A DNA stretch of 64,000 bases from the human T2T-CHM13v2.0 reference genome, Homo sapiens: the NCBI RefSeq assembly GCF_009914755.1, contig NC_060944.1; one strand, given 5' to 3'. The position numbers were made by a program, and so were the translations under genes. This document shows positions 14,035 to 26,830 of this stretch, in pieces (position 1 is the first letter of the stretch; each line of letters begins with the position of its first letter). Below the pieces are notes generated by a model that saw only the letters and a list, made by a program, of their open reading frames with translations, had not been told where the DNA came from and did no database searches.

Positions 14035-15249
14035 CTAACCCGGTAGGGATGGTCAGGGAAGATCCTGACACTGAGACAGGAAGACCGAGAAAGAGTGAGA
14101 AACGACAAGGCAGAGATAGAAGAGGTTCTCAACGGGAGAAAAAGCCCAGTGGTGGGACAGGGCATGCATGGCAGATCCCTTCCCATCTCAGCCAGGCGCC
14201 GTGCTACTATTGTGGCAACAGATAAGATGGGACGAGGTCCTCGCCCTTGTGGAGTGCACGTGAGGTCAGGAAGACAGAAAATAAAATGCAACACAAATAG
14301 ATGTATAATATAATTTCTGGTGGACATAAGTGGTATCCTGAAAAACATCTCGGGCTAAGGGGAGAGCTAGAGAGGCCAGTGACTCTGACCAAGGGTGATC
14401 AAGGAGGCAGAGAGCTGAACCAGGCAGGGGAGCAGGCCCTGTGGTTGTCTGGGGAAGTGGCTCCAGGCAGTGAGGACACTAGTGTAAATACTAGGACTGA
14501 AAGTTATCGGGGGTGGCTGTAGAGGTGCTGGGTGGGGCTTAGGGATCTCATGTGCTCACCTTCCAAGGGTCGGGGGAAGGGGACACAATGTTATGTAGGC
14601 CTAACCTGACACCTGTTCTTGCGGGGCCCCCAAGTTCCTGCCAGAATCACTCCGGTATTCTTAACACCCTTCCTCAGTGGTGGAGCTGACCCTTGACCTC
14701 TCCCACTTCCCATTCAGACAAGGGCCTCCCAGCAGATATGACACACCTAGTCCCACTGTCACTGACTGTCACAGCCATGAGAGCCCACGGCTTATCTCCG
14801 GGTAGTGCGGTGGCCATGTGCTGGGCAGTGGGGCCCAGGCTGCCTGGGTGTGAATTCCAGCCGTGTCACTTTTTAAGCGCCTGATCTTAGTCAAGCCGCT
14901 GAAATCTTCCCTGCCTCAGTTCTCGTCTGCAAAAGAGCCACTATCTACCTCCTAGGGTTGGCATAGGAAACTGAGGGACTTCCTGCAGTTCCTGGACCAC
15001 TGCAAGCACTAGCGTTATAAGCGTTATCATCACTACTTTAATTATCTCGCCCAATTCCCTCCTTGCTCAAGTGAGGAAACAGAGGCCCAGAGAGGCCCAG
15101 CTACTTGCTCAAGGTCACACAGCAGAGGCTGAGCTCCGGCTGGGCCCGGAACCAGTCCGTCTCGCGTCCATCGCAGCGACCTCCCTCCTCCGGCAACCTC
15201 CCTCCTCCGAAGCCCTCCCTCCGGTTGGCTGGACTCCCCGAGGCCTCAC

Positions 15250-15459
15250 CCGGATCGTGTCCACGAGGCTCTGCACCTTGGCGGGGTCCAACACGGACGG
15301 CAGCGGCCGGATGAGCACGCTCAGCGGCACGTTGTGCACCGCGGCGATGCGGCCCGAGTGGATGCTGCCGCCCTGCGCGCCGCCGCTCGGCCCGGGCCCC
15401 TCGGGCGCCCCCCGACCCGCGCCGGCCCTGCCCAGCGTTCCTCCTGCACGCAGCCCCAT
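15250..15459 (-). CDS. SRXN1: Sulfiredoxin-1, coding exon 1 (aa 1-70)
   Basis: [73 protein letters not shown]; ATG in strong context (ACGATGG); followed by donor GTGAGG at 15249; phase 0; inside a CpG island. Confidence 0.98.
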
Positions 15460-15670
15460 CGTCGCCGCCGCCGCGGGACTCGCCGCCTCCCCCCGGCCTT
15501 AACTCCGGCCGGGCCATACCATTCCGCGCGGCCGGGGGGGGGGGCCCGTGCCAGGGCAGCGCGCGTTTCTCCCCCGACCCCGCCGCGGTCCGGCCTCGAC
15601 CCCGCGGTCCCCAGCCCGACTCCGGCTCCGCTCGCCAGGTGCCGCCAGACTCGCGCGGGGCTCAGGCTCT

Positions 15671-15685
15671 CCACCGGGGGGCGCC
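15671..15685 (+). promoter_or_regulatory. CTCF-like motif at SRXN1 promoter
   Basis: CCACCGGGGGGCGC, 13/14 to CCACCAGGGGGCGC, but in a GC-rich background. Confidence 0.45.
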
Positions 15686-15737
15686 TCTCGCCTCCCCTGC
15701 GCCGCGCGGCGTCCGGGGAGTGGAAACGCCCGGGCGG

Positions 15738-15758
15738 GCTGACTCAGGGTGAGTTTGC
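15738..15758. promoter_or_regulatory. Antioxidant response element(s) / AP-1 site (NRF2-sMAF) of SRXN1
   Basis: GCTGACTCA (minus TGAGTCAGC, AP-1 core embedded) at 15738-15746, back-to-back with TGAGTTTGC at 15750-15758; SRXN1 is an established NRF2/AP-1 target. Confidence 0.85.
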
Positions 15759-17167
15759 AGGTCGCGGGGCGGGAGGGGCGCGGGTGACGCACCGGCCGGG
15801 CCGACTTAGGCCGCGGGGGCGGGGGCGGGGGAGAGCGCGGCGGACCTGCCCAGCCAGGGTGAGTCGGCAAAGCCCGCGGTGCGCTGCTGCCCCGCTGCTG
15901 GGGTTCCTAGCCAGCGAGGTTATGATCCCCACCAGCGGTTCCACTTCCAGTCTGGCGCCGGCTGTGTCTGGAGTCGTTCCGAACATTTTGCACGTGTATT
16001 AACGTATCTGAACCTCAAAACAACCCTGCAAGGAAGGTATGACTGTTATTCCCATTTTACAGAAGAGGAGACTGAGACACAGGTTTAAGTGATGTACCCA
16101 AGATCACGGAACTAGTAAGTGGCCGAATCCGCGTTCAAATCCAGACGGTCTGGCTCCAGAGTCCGCCTTCTACCCCACCGTTGGCTGCCTTGGTTCAGCA
16201 ACAGTGACTGTCACACGGAGCCCTCAGGAGTCGCGCTGACAATGGGTGGGCCCTGCCTTCAAGTTCCACACTGTCTGTTTGTGTCATTACAACACTACTG
16301 GAAGTAGGTGCAGTTATAGACCCGCTGTTCAAGGTCAGCTGAAATGAAAGTCAGGTCACACGAGTCCAAACTGTGGGGCCACTTAACCACCAACTCCAAG
16401 CAGGAAGGTGGACGATCCCAGACTCGGTCGAAGACAAGCATGTCTGGTTTGCTTGTCTTCCTTCTCAACCTGAATGGCACGAACATGGAGAAATGCATAC
16501 TTACCCTGCCAGCTGGAGAAAACTGGAGACGAAGGAGGGAGCCAGGAGTTTCTACTTTGCCTTCCACCAGTTGCTGACACTTTCTGAACCCCGTCTGTAA
16601 AATGAAGTCATGCTGCCCATCACTCAAAGTTGTGTGAATTGAGAGAGTGCTCATAGTGCTCTGTGAATTGCATAACATCCATTTTGCTGTTGAAGATCAT
16701 TTATTTTGGGTTCTTAGTCTCTCACAAAACCTTAGAACACTGACACCAAGACTCCAGCCTTTCCCTTTCGAAACATAATTCCCGTGCGCACCTAAATGAT
16801 ACTTTATTTCAAGAAGTAGAACTGACACCCACACCTCAGCCCCAGAATTATTCAGAATTAGAGAATTTCATCAAGAGGGAAGTTATCCCTTCTAAAACAT
16901 CTTCCTCATTACAGGAAGTAAGAATGGCAGGATAACAGTTTCTAGAGTGGAAAAGTGGAGCTCTGGCCTGATTCTATCATCATGGTGTACCCAGGGAGGC
17001 CTCATTTCCTGGTATCAAATTCTCTGTGTTAAGATATCTATGGCCCAATTCAAAATGGCTTAAGCAATAAGAAGGTTTGTTTTCTCACATAATAAAATGT
17101 TTGGAGGTAGGTATGTCCAAGGTTGGTAAAGAGGCAGTTGAACAATGTGACCAAAGACTCCAGTTCT

Positions 17168-17563
<396 letters not shown>

Positions 17564-19639
17564 TCATTACATGCGAATGTCCACAAGTGGAAGTTAGGAC
17601 ATCCCTTCGAGCCTCTTTTTAAGAGTGAAGAAACCTTCCCTGGCTGGATGCAGTGGCTCACACCTTCTGACCTTCCACTCCTCAAGCCCCGGAGTCAACT
17701 CTAGTCACACTGGCCTCCTTGCTGTGCCTCTTCCACAGCGAATGTGTCCTGGCCTCAGACCCTTTACATTTGCTGTTCCCTGTGCATGGAACGCTCTTCC
17801 CTCAGGTCATACATAGCATACATTACTGAGTGCTCTCCATGTGCCCAGCATGGTTTGATGCGCTTTACATATATTAACTCATGGAACCTAACAGCTTTAT
17901 GAGACGAGTCTGTTATCTCCATCCCCATTTGATAGATGGGGCATCCCTGTGGGAGCTCTGCCCATTCCAGAGGTGCCAGGCCATTCACTAATGGGGGCAG
18001 GAGCCGGTGAGTAAATGCCAGTCTTGTGCTGTCACAGGTGGACGATTCAGAGAGGTGTTCTAGACCATTCAGATCTTTCTGGAACCTTCTCAGAGACCAG
18101 AAGTACTCAGCCCTATTGCTACAACTGACTTCACTAACACACCCTCTGTCCCATTCCTCCCACCCCTTACTTCTGCTTCCAGGGATCACCTCCCACATAA
18201 ACGACTTACACTCAAGTCTCAGACTTGCTATCAGGGAACCAAAACTAAAACAAAAGGGAAACTTGATACTGGGTCATCCCCTATAGTTCTGTACCTTGCC
18301 TGGGTTAAAATTGCACTATTTTATTAGATGTGTGACCTTGGGCCAGTCACCTGTCTGTGCCTGTTTCCTAATCTGTAAAACGGACATAATGTCACCTAAT
18401 TCACAGGGGTGTTGGAAGAGTGAAGAGAGATGGTGTTAGGTGAGGTCCTTAAAACAGTGCACAACGCATTATAAGTGCTCAATAAATGTTTGCTGTTTGA
18501 TTGCATTTTAAATTGTAACAGAGCTTGAACGTCTCTCCGTGTCTTCACTTTCAGACTAGGCTTGATGTATTAGTCAAGACTTTTGTTTGCAAGTGACAGA
18601 AAGCCAAAGTGAATTAGCTTAATGAAAATGGGGATGCTTGGCTATTCCCGTGACTGAGGTGAAGCGGAGCCTCAGGGGAAAGTAAGTTGAGAGATTTCTT
18701 TTCTCTGCCCTCACTCAGCAGAGGGATTATCTCTACATGTCAGGAACATGACTGTCAACAGCGATGATATTTGGCTTTAAATAAGGGAAACCTGACAACA
18801 GAGACTTCATACAACTTAAAGTGTTTCCTCTTTAAAAAAAAAAACAGTCGAGGTAGGAAGTCCATGGCTGGGATGGCTGCTCCATGGTCACTAGTGGCAT
18901 AGGCCCTTTCTATCTTGCCGCTCCATCATTTTCCAGCAGAGTTTTCATTCTCAGGGTCACCTCCTATTCAGGATTGCTGCTGAAGTGCCAGCCGTCTCAT
19001 CCAAATTCCACCCTGGAAAGAGGTGGAGAAATGGAAAGGCAAAGGATATGACCCCTCCCCTTTTGAGGATGCTATCTCAGAAGTTTTGTATAACACTTCC
19101 CCTTGCATGTCATTGACTAGAAATTGGTCACACGGCCACCCCTGGCTGCAAGGGCAGCTGGATATGTTGTCTTCATCCGTAGCGGTAATGTGCTGAGCTA
19201 AAACTGGAGTTCTCTTACTAAGGAAGAATAGAGATTGATAAGTAGCTAGCAATCGGGGCCACAGCTCTCAAGTTACAGGCCTTATGGCACAGAGACAGGG
19301 AGAGAGAGAAAATTTCCAAGTTCTAGTCAGATGCCTACATATGGACAAGCCAGCTATGGCATTGGGGGACACAGACTTTCTTAAAAGCATAAGCCACCAT
19401 TATTTATTATAATGACTTAAAGGTAAGGAGTTCATTTAAAGATAATTACTGGTCACCTGCTATTGGCTAGGCTAGACCCAGGGGATTTAGTGATCAGCAA
19501 AAAGACACTACCAATCTCTGCATTATGAGGCTTACAGTGTAGTGGAGGATTCAGATAATGACCAAATAATCACACTGGTTAATGGAAAGTATACATTGGT
19601 AGTGGGTGCTGCAAAAGAATGGCATGTGGTTCTGAGGAA

Positions 19640-21330
19640 GTGTTTTAGTCCTTTTTGGCTGCCATAGCAATACCATAGACTGGGTGGTTTATAAACAACA
19701 GAACTTTGTCTCTTACAGTTTTAGGGGCTGAGAAATCCAAGATCAAGGTGACTTTGTATCTCCCCAACATTCATATGTTGAAATCCCAACCTCCAGGTGA
19801 TGGTGTTGGGAGGTGGGCCTTTGGGAAGTGATTATGTCACGGGGTTCATGGGGGTAGAGCCCTCATGAATGAGATTAGTGTCCTTTTTCTTTCTTTTGAG
19901 ACAGGGTCTCACTTTGTCACCCAGGCTGGAGTGCAGTAGAACTGTAAAGAAAACTTCTAATTTTTAAAATCAGGAACCTGATAATAACTAAGGAATCCTG
20001 AACAGAGTGTTGGTAGAAATACAGATGAAAAAGGCCATTTGGATGAGGAAATGAGGAAGATATTATTGGACAATGGAAAAAAGGCCATGTTGTTATAAAA
20101 TGGCAAAGAACTTGGCTGAATTATGTCCACGTTCTAGTGTTTTATAGGAGGTAGAACTTGTGAGCAATGAAACGGAATATTTAGCTAAAGCTATTTCTAA
20201 GCAAAGTGTTGAAGCTGTGGCTTGGCTCCTCCTGACTGCTTATAGTAAAATAGAAGCAGAAAGAAATGAGTTAAAGATGTGACTTTTAAGCGAATAGGAA
20301 GCAAAACGTAAAGATTTGAAAAATTTTCAGCCTATCCATATTGCAAAGAATGAGAAAGAATGTTTGGGAGAAAACACCATAGTCTCCATAAGGAGACTGT
20401 AATGGTGATGAACGTAATCAGCCATCCCAGCAGGAAAACTGCCGTCTTGAATTGAAGGGGAAGGAGATGGGAAGGGATGAGGAAGGAAAGCTGTCTGACT
20501 TCTTGGATTTTTCAGGACAAGACCAGAGTGCAAACTCTTCAAGACAAGGGAAGAATGACCCTGAAGGCAATTCAGAGATCATCAAGGCTATCTCCTTGCT
20601 TTCAAAAGTCGGGAGCATTGCCTTGCATTCAGCAGGTTAGAGGGCCTCTGTCCAAAGCCATGGAGGAAGAGCTGCCCAGAGCTGTTGGTGTGGGGCTACC
20701 CAGAGCCCTGGGAACATGACTTCTGCGGGATAGAGCTGGAGGGACAGGACCACCACCCCAGAGGGTACAGAGGGTGGGACCACCACCATTGTGGATCTGG
20801 AAGGCTGCCTCAGTGGGCCTGGAAGCAGAGCATTTAATGAACTAAAAATGATTTTTCTTGAGCCTTAAGATCTCATGGAGTTTGCCTTGTAGTTTGGATG
20901 TAATTTGGATCTGCTATTCCTTTCTTCTTTCCTATTTCTCCCTTTTGGAATGGTCTATCCTATGCCTGTCTCACCATTGTATTTTGGAAGCAGATAACTT
21001 GCTTGATTTCACAGGCTCACCGCTGGAGAACAATTTGCCCCAGGATGCATCACACCTTGAGTCTCAGCCATATCTGACTTAGATGACACTTAGATAATAA
21101 AACTTTGGATTTTAGACTTCAGAGTTAATGCTGGAATGAGTTAAGGCTTTTGGGGCTGTTGGAATGTAAGGAATGAATGTATTTTGCATGTGAGAAGGAT
21201 GTGAATTTGGCGGGGGATGGGGACGGAGGCAGAATGCTATAGACTGAATGTTTGTGTTCCTCCAAAATTCATGTTAAAATCCTAACCCCCAGTATGATGG
21301 TATTAGGAGGTGGGCTTTTGGGAGGCACGT
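19640..21330 (+). mobile_element. MaLR (MLT1A/MST-type) remnant: LTR pieces, internal region, polypurine tract and start of 3' LTR
   Basis: Internal text (ggcaaagaacttggctgaatt, ctaagcaaagtgttgaa); purine-rich tract before tgctatagactgaatgtttgtg at ~21235. Confidence 0.75.
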
Positions 21331-22358
21331 TAAGGCCAGTTCATTTCATGGTCACAAGATGACATGCTTTTCTGTTCACACTGGAGGGGAAGAGGAACTG
21401 GACTTCCTTTCCTCTTAAGAAAAAGGAAGCAGCAAAGTTTTCCATACCCTTCCAGCAACCCTCTCCTTAAGTCTCATTGGCCAGAATTGGGTCATGTGCC
21501 CATTTCTGAACGATGGGAGATGTTAGTATTAGACCAGTAAGACTACCTCTTAAGCTGATGTTCAGTCCCCAGATTGCGTGGTTGCTAATCCAGGAGAGAG
21601 GGGTGGGGTGGAATGGTTATTGGACCCACATAACTGGGCTGGATATGGCTGATGGAGACCCAGCATTCTTTCCCACCTCCCTCTAGGGTGCCTTCTAGAT
21701 TGCCTAGTTGGAGAGTTAAAAACTCTATTTCTCAGATCTCTTTGCAGCAAAGATACTAACAGGGAATTAAGTTCTACCAGTTAGATGTACTTTCATGAGA
21801 CATGGATGGCAGAGGTGGGCCGGGGCCATCTTCCATCTTTTGACTCTTGCTACTGTCAAGATTGTCTTGGAGGTGTTAAGATTTTCTGTAGCAGTGTTCC
21901 AGCATTGTGCCACCAGCACAGTGGGAGACAGGAGATAGTTATAGAGGCAGTGGCAAGGGCCTGCTGATCCCTGGCTTGCACCTATGATGCGGTGTTCTGT
22001 ATCTCAATAGTTCCAGGGCACCTTATTGACCACCACCAACCCCCACTCCGCACCCTCTCCCACCACTGACTGTGGAAGAGGCAGGTGCTGTCTCAGTGGC
22101 AGCAGTTCTGCAGTGGGGTTCTGGGGTCCAGCAGATGGCTCACTTCAGCCCTTACACAAATTTTGTCAGCAGCCAATTATTGAAGTATTAAATCCTTTCT
22201 CCTTCAAAGGAATTTAATACTTGTTTATAAAATCCTGTCTAGAGTGGTTTCTGTTCCTGGCACCTAAAACAAACATAATGGATCCAACAGCCAGTCACGG
22301 GCAGTGTATGTGGGTGGTTAAGGGATGCAGCAGATGCCTGGGTTTCTCAAAACCCCAC

Positions 22359-22981
<623 letters not shown>

Positions 22982-23864
22982 CTAGCACATTGCTCAGGAT
23001 GCAGCTGCTTGTCCAGAGGGGTGTGAAGGGAAGGCGGACAGGCACCAGGGAGGCAGTCTACAAACTGAGTGCACTGCTTACACAGGAGGAAACTGACAAA
23101 GAGGCCCCAGAGGAGGCAGATTCTAGCCTGCAGCTTCCCCATCCCTCAAAGCATGCAGGTTATGCTTCTTGGTAAGTCTGAGTTGAGGGTAGGTGGCAGG
23201 GGTTGGTGGTCCCCAGTGAAGTTTTTAGTAAGGTGAGACAGATTTGTATCTTGAAGGATCACTAAGGCAGCTATCGAGGATGATGGATTGGTTGCCTTGA
23301 ACACTTTTGGTGACAGGCAGCTCAGAAGCTCTAGGGGCAAGTCACTGTTTTTGGACAACTTTCCAGCTGAGCCAAAGTCAACCTTTTTGCCTGCTTCCAC
23401 TCACTGAATATGTGACCATATATGACTAGGCAGAGCAGTAGGGGGTGAACTGGGGAAGATTATAGGGGTTGTAAACTGGCTGTCAACAGACACATGTGGA
23501 CCACAGTTTTAACTGTTTGGTGGGTGTAGTTAATTTGAATCCTATTTCTCTAAGGTGAGACACTCTTTCCAATTAGTCACAGGCTTCACCTTCCCTAATG
23601 TCTTAAGGCAACTGGCTTCACTCACATGTTATTAATCTGGTTTTTAAACCCTTATTTGAGGAGTATTAAGGATTGAGGATGCCTGAGAACTTGTAAATGC
23701 CAAGGGACCCTTGGGGCTGTGTGACCCTTGGTGGCAGCTACAGGCTGGTCAGGCTACAGAGAGGAAAATGGAGTGGAAAAGTAGTATCTCTCAGATGCCC
23801 TCCCCTTCGTCTCATTCCCCCCCTTCATCCCCACCCCTTGCTCCAATCAGAAGGTCTAGAGGCG

Positions 23865-25943
23865 ATGGTGAGTGGCCAAAGTCCCTTTAATATCCCTGAA
23901 TTGCGTTACAAGTAATACTGCTGGAGGTGGGGAAGGGATGGGGGTTTGGGGGTGAGTTGGGATAGGACGGAGGAGGAGCGCCAAGCGCTCATACAAAATA
24001 TGGCCAAAAGGCTTAGCATGCATGGAAAATTATTGCTGTCAGAAGTTGCTATTTACAGGGTCAACGCCTCCATAATTGCTTCTGCTACCCCTCTCCCTCC
24101 CACCATCCCTGCAGCCTCCCTTCCCGCTGGGCCTGGAGCTGAGCAAAGGCCCATTCACCCCTCTGGAGCCCTAGGGAAGTGCCCCTGCTGCAGGGGTGCC
24201 TCCAGTCTCCCCCCTCTTTTGTGGCTAAGAGGAGGGGAGAGGAGGATCTGAGAGTCCAGGACTCCTGCCCCCAAGCTGGCTGCAGAGCAATGGGGCAGAG
24301 GCGTGTGCTTAAAGCGGAGGGGGCCAGGGCCCGTGCGCGTGGAGGTGTGTGCTTCGGTCCTCGCCCGGGCATGCAAAAGCGCAGCGGAGGAGGTAGTGGC
24401 GGCCAACGGGCGGGTGGCTGGCAGCCCGGCCCCTCTGTCCGGGAGAGTTGCATAGACATGGCCGGGAGAGAGCGCCCCTCCCGGGGAGCAGGCCAGAGGC
24501 CCCAGCGGGTCCGGGGCTCAGTCGGTCCCTGGAACCTGGGGTCCCTCGGGAAGAAGAATAAACAGGAAACAAATCGAAGAGGCTCCTCTCTCCGGGCCGC
24601 CTGGAGTGGCAGGGGAAGGTTCAGGAAGGTGGGGACCTGCCCCACGCCTGGACCTCCTGATGCTCCCTCACCCCCCCAGTTGAGGGTCAGCAAGCTGCCC
24701 CCCCATTCTCGAGTCCCCTTCCTTAGCGAGTGCAGGCTCTGAAGAGGGTGGGTTTCTCCCGAGACGCGGGGGTGTGTGTGGTGGGGGCAGCCCTCTGTGG
24801 CCTGTGCTGTCCCTCTCCTTGCCTGGCTTCCTGACCTCCCAGTCCAGCTGGGGAAGCCAGACGGTCCCTGGGTGAGGCCAAGAGATTAAATAGAATAATA
24901 AATAGATAAATAAATAAATACACAAATAAATAACTGGAAGGACCCAGCCGGATGGGGGAAGGGCATTGGCGAGGTGCTCCAGACCTCCCCCCAACAAGTA
25001 AGGAAGGGGATCTGTGGCCCTGGGGATGGGGGAAAGTGCTCAGAGAATCTGGGGGTAGGGCAGCTCCAGACTGTGGAAGCCCAGGTTGTGCCGGGGTGAG
25101 AGAGGGGTTACATTAGGGGGCAGGGCCCTGAAGTGCCCCTCAAGCCCCCTCCAGGTTAGGTAGACTCAGAGGGGTGAGAGCTGCTAGAGAGGTGAGGGCA
25201 GCTGGAGCTGGGGCTGGGAGTGGGTGATGAGATCCCCATGGACTGAAGACAGTAGGAACTGTGTGTGGGAGTGGGGTGTGGGGGTGTGTGTGTGTGTGAA
25301 TGGCCAGACCTAAGGCCTGAGCATGGATGGGATCAGGGACAGATCGGAGACTTCAAGAAGGGTGAAGATTAGATCCCCAGATGGACACACTCTGGGAGAT
25401 TCAGCAGAGGCCAGAGGGATGGTCTGGGGTTGGACTGTGGTCTCAGGGCGGCAGGGCCTGCGTCCAGGTGTGGATGGGGAAACTGAGGCAGGTATGGGCG
25501 TCAAGGGTATAGGTTTGCGGCTTTCATTGGGGGCTCCAGTAGAGGAATGGTCAGAGAGATTCAGCTGAGAAGCGAGAGAAAAGATCTAGAAGTTAGAAGA
25601 GCAGCGCGGGGTCTGGGAGGGAGAAATTTCCGGCTCTGGGGCGCGGGAGAGGTGCGGACCTGGTGCCTGAGTTGGGAGCCTTGAAGGCGCGGACAGGGGG
25701 GTCAAGGTCCGAGGGATGGCCGGAAAGGATGAAGTGGGTCGGGGGACGCTGGGGAAGACGGTGTGGAAGTGAGTCGTGGGTTTGGGGGTTGGGGAGAAAA
25801 GTTCCGGGCCGGGCCGGGGGTCCCCACGAGAGGGTCATGGGCAGGGAAACGCAGCCGGGGCTGGGCGAGGGCGCTGCGGGCGCAGGTAGGGGGCCCGGGG
25901 CGCGTGGAGAGCGAGTTCCGGGCGCGAGGGCGAGGCGGAAGGC
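23865..25943 (-). other. SCRT2: SCRT2 3'UTR (approximate)
   Basis: Repeat-free sequence after the stop; ATTAAA at 23886-23891; AU-rich, PUM and miRNA-seed motifs near the end. Confidence 0.7.
23886..23891 (-). terminator. Polyadenylation signal ATTAAA (SCRT2)
   Basis: Plus-strand TTTAAT at the end of the motif-rich UTR block. Confidence 0.65.
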
Positions 25944-26830
25944 TCAGCTGGCCGGGCCGGCGGGGGTCGGCGGGGGTGGCTCGGCCGCCTTGGCGCAGGC
26001 CGCCTCGCAGTGCTTGTGGAGGTAGGACTTGAGCGCGAAGCTCTTGTCGCACTGGCGGCAGCGGTAGTGCTTGAAGGCCGAGTGCGTCTGCATGTGCGCG
26101 CGCAGGTTGGAGCGGTCGGCGAAGGCCTTGCCGCAGTGCGCGCAGCCGAACGGCTTTTCGCCGGTGTGCGAGCGCATGTGACCCTGCAGCAGCCAGGGCC
26201 GCGAGAAGGCCTTGCCGCAGACGCCGCACTTGTGGCGCAGGTTGTGCGTGAGCAGGTGCATGGCGAGCGCGGGCATGGACACGTAGGCCTTGCCGCACGT
26301 CGGGCATTTGCGCGCCAGCTGGCTGTCCAGGCTGCGGTGCGTCTGCTTGTGGCGGCTCAGGTTCGACGACGTGGCGTAGGTCTTGCCGCACTCGGCGCAC
26401 GCGTGCCGGTGCCCGCCGCCCGCCTGCGCCCCCGCGCGCCCCGCGCGCCCCCCGGCGCCCCCCGCGTCTCCCGAGCCCCCCGCGTCCCCGCCGCCCCCGC
26501 CCCGCCGCCGCCGCGAGCGCCCGTCCGAGATGAAGAAGGCGTCCATGGAGTAGCTGTCGGTCACTGCCGCCTCCCCTCGGAAGTAGCGCGCCGACAGGCT
26601 CGACTGCGGGCTTTCGGGGTCGCTGTACTCCTCCGGCGCCGCCGGCGGGTACGCGGGCTCGGCCGGGGCCAGCTCCAGGCCCGGCTTCTGGTCCGCATCG
26701 TAGCTGCTCGGGGGCAGGCGGTGCGGGGCGTACCCTGGAGGGGGCGAGAAGTGGAGGGGCGGTGAGAGGAGGCGCCGAAGAGGGTTTCCCGCTTTGAGCG
26801 CGTCACCCTTTGCGCCTTCCAGCTTGGCGC
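25600..26830. promoter_or_regulatory. CpG island over SCRT2 exon 2
   Basis: High GC and CpG density. Confidence 0.85.
25944..26734 (-). CDS. SCRT2: SCRT2 coding exon 2 (Scratch motif + 4 C2H2 fingers + terminal C2HC finger)
   Basis: CAG acceptor at 26737-26735; AAVTDSYSMDAFFISDGRSR Scratch motif; fingers from CAECGKTYATSSNLSRHKQTH to CRQCDKSFALKSYLHKHCEAAC; 133+791 nt = 307 aa + stop. Confidence 0.98.

Larger units (their letters stand above)
15130..16000. promoter_or_regulatory. CpG island / SRXN1 promoter with GC boxes
   Basis: Very high GC and CpG density; multiple GGGGCGGG boxes (15766-15832). Confidence 0.9.

Noticed and set aside
26010-26765. 251-aa antisense ORF and other alternative-frame ORFs over SCRT2 exon 2
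   Set aside because: Expected shadow ORFs of extremely GC-rich codon usage.
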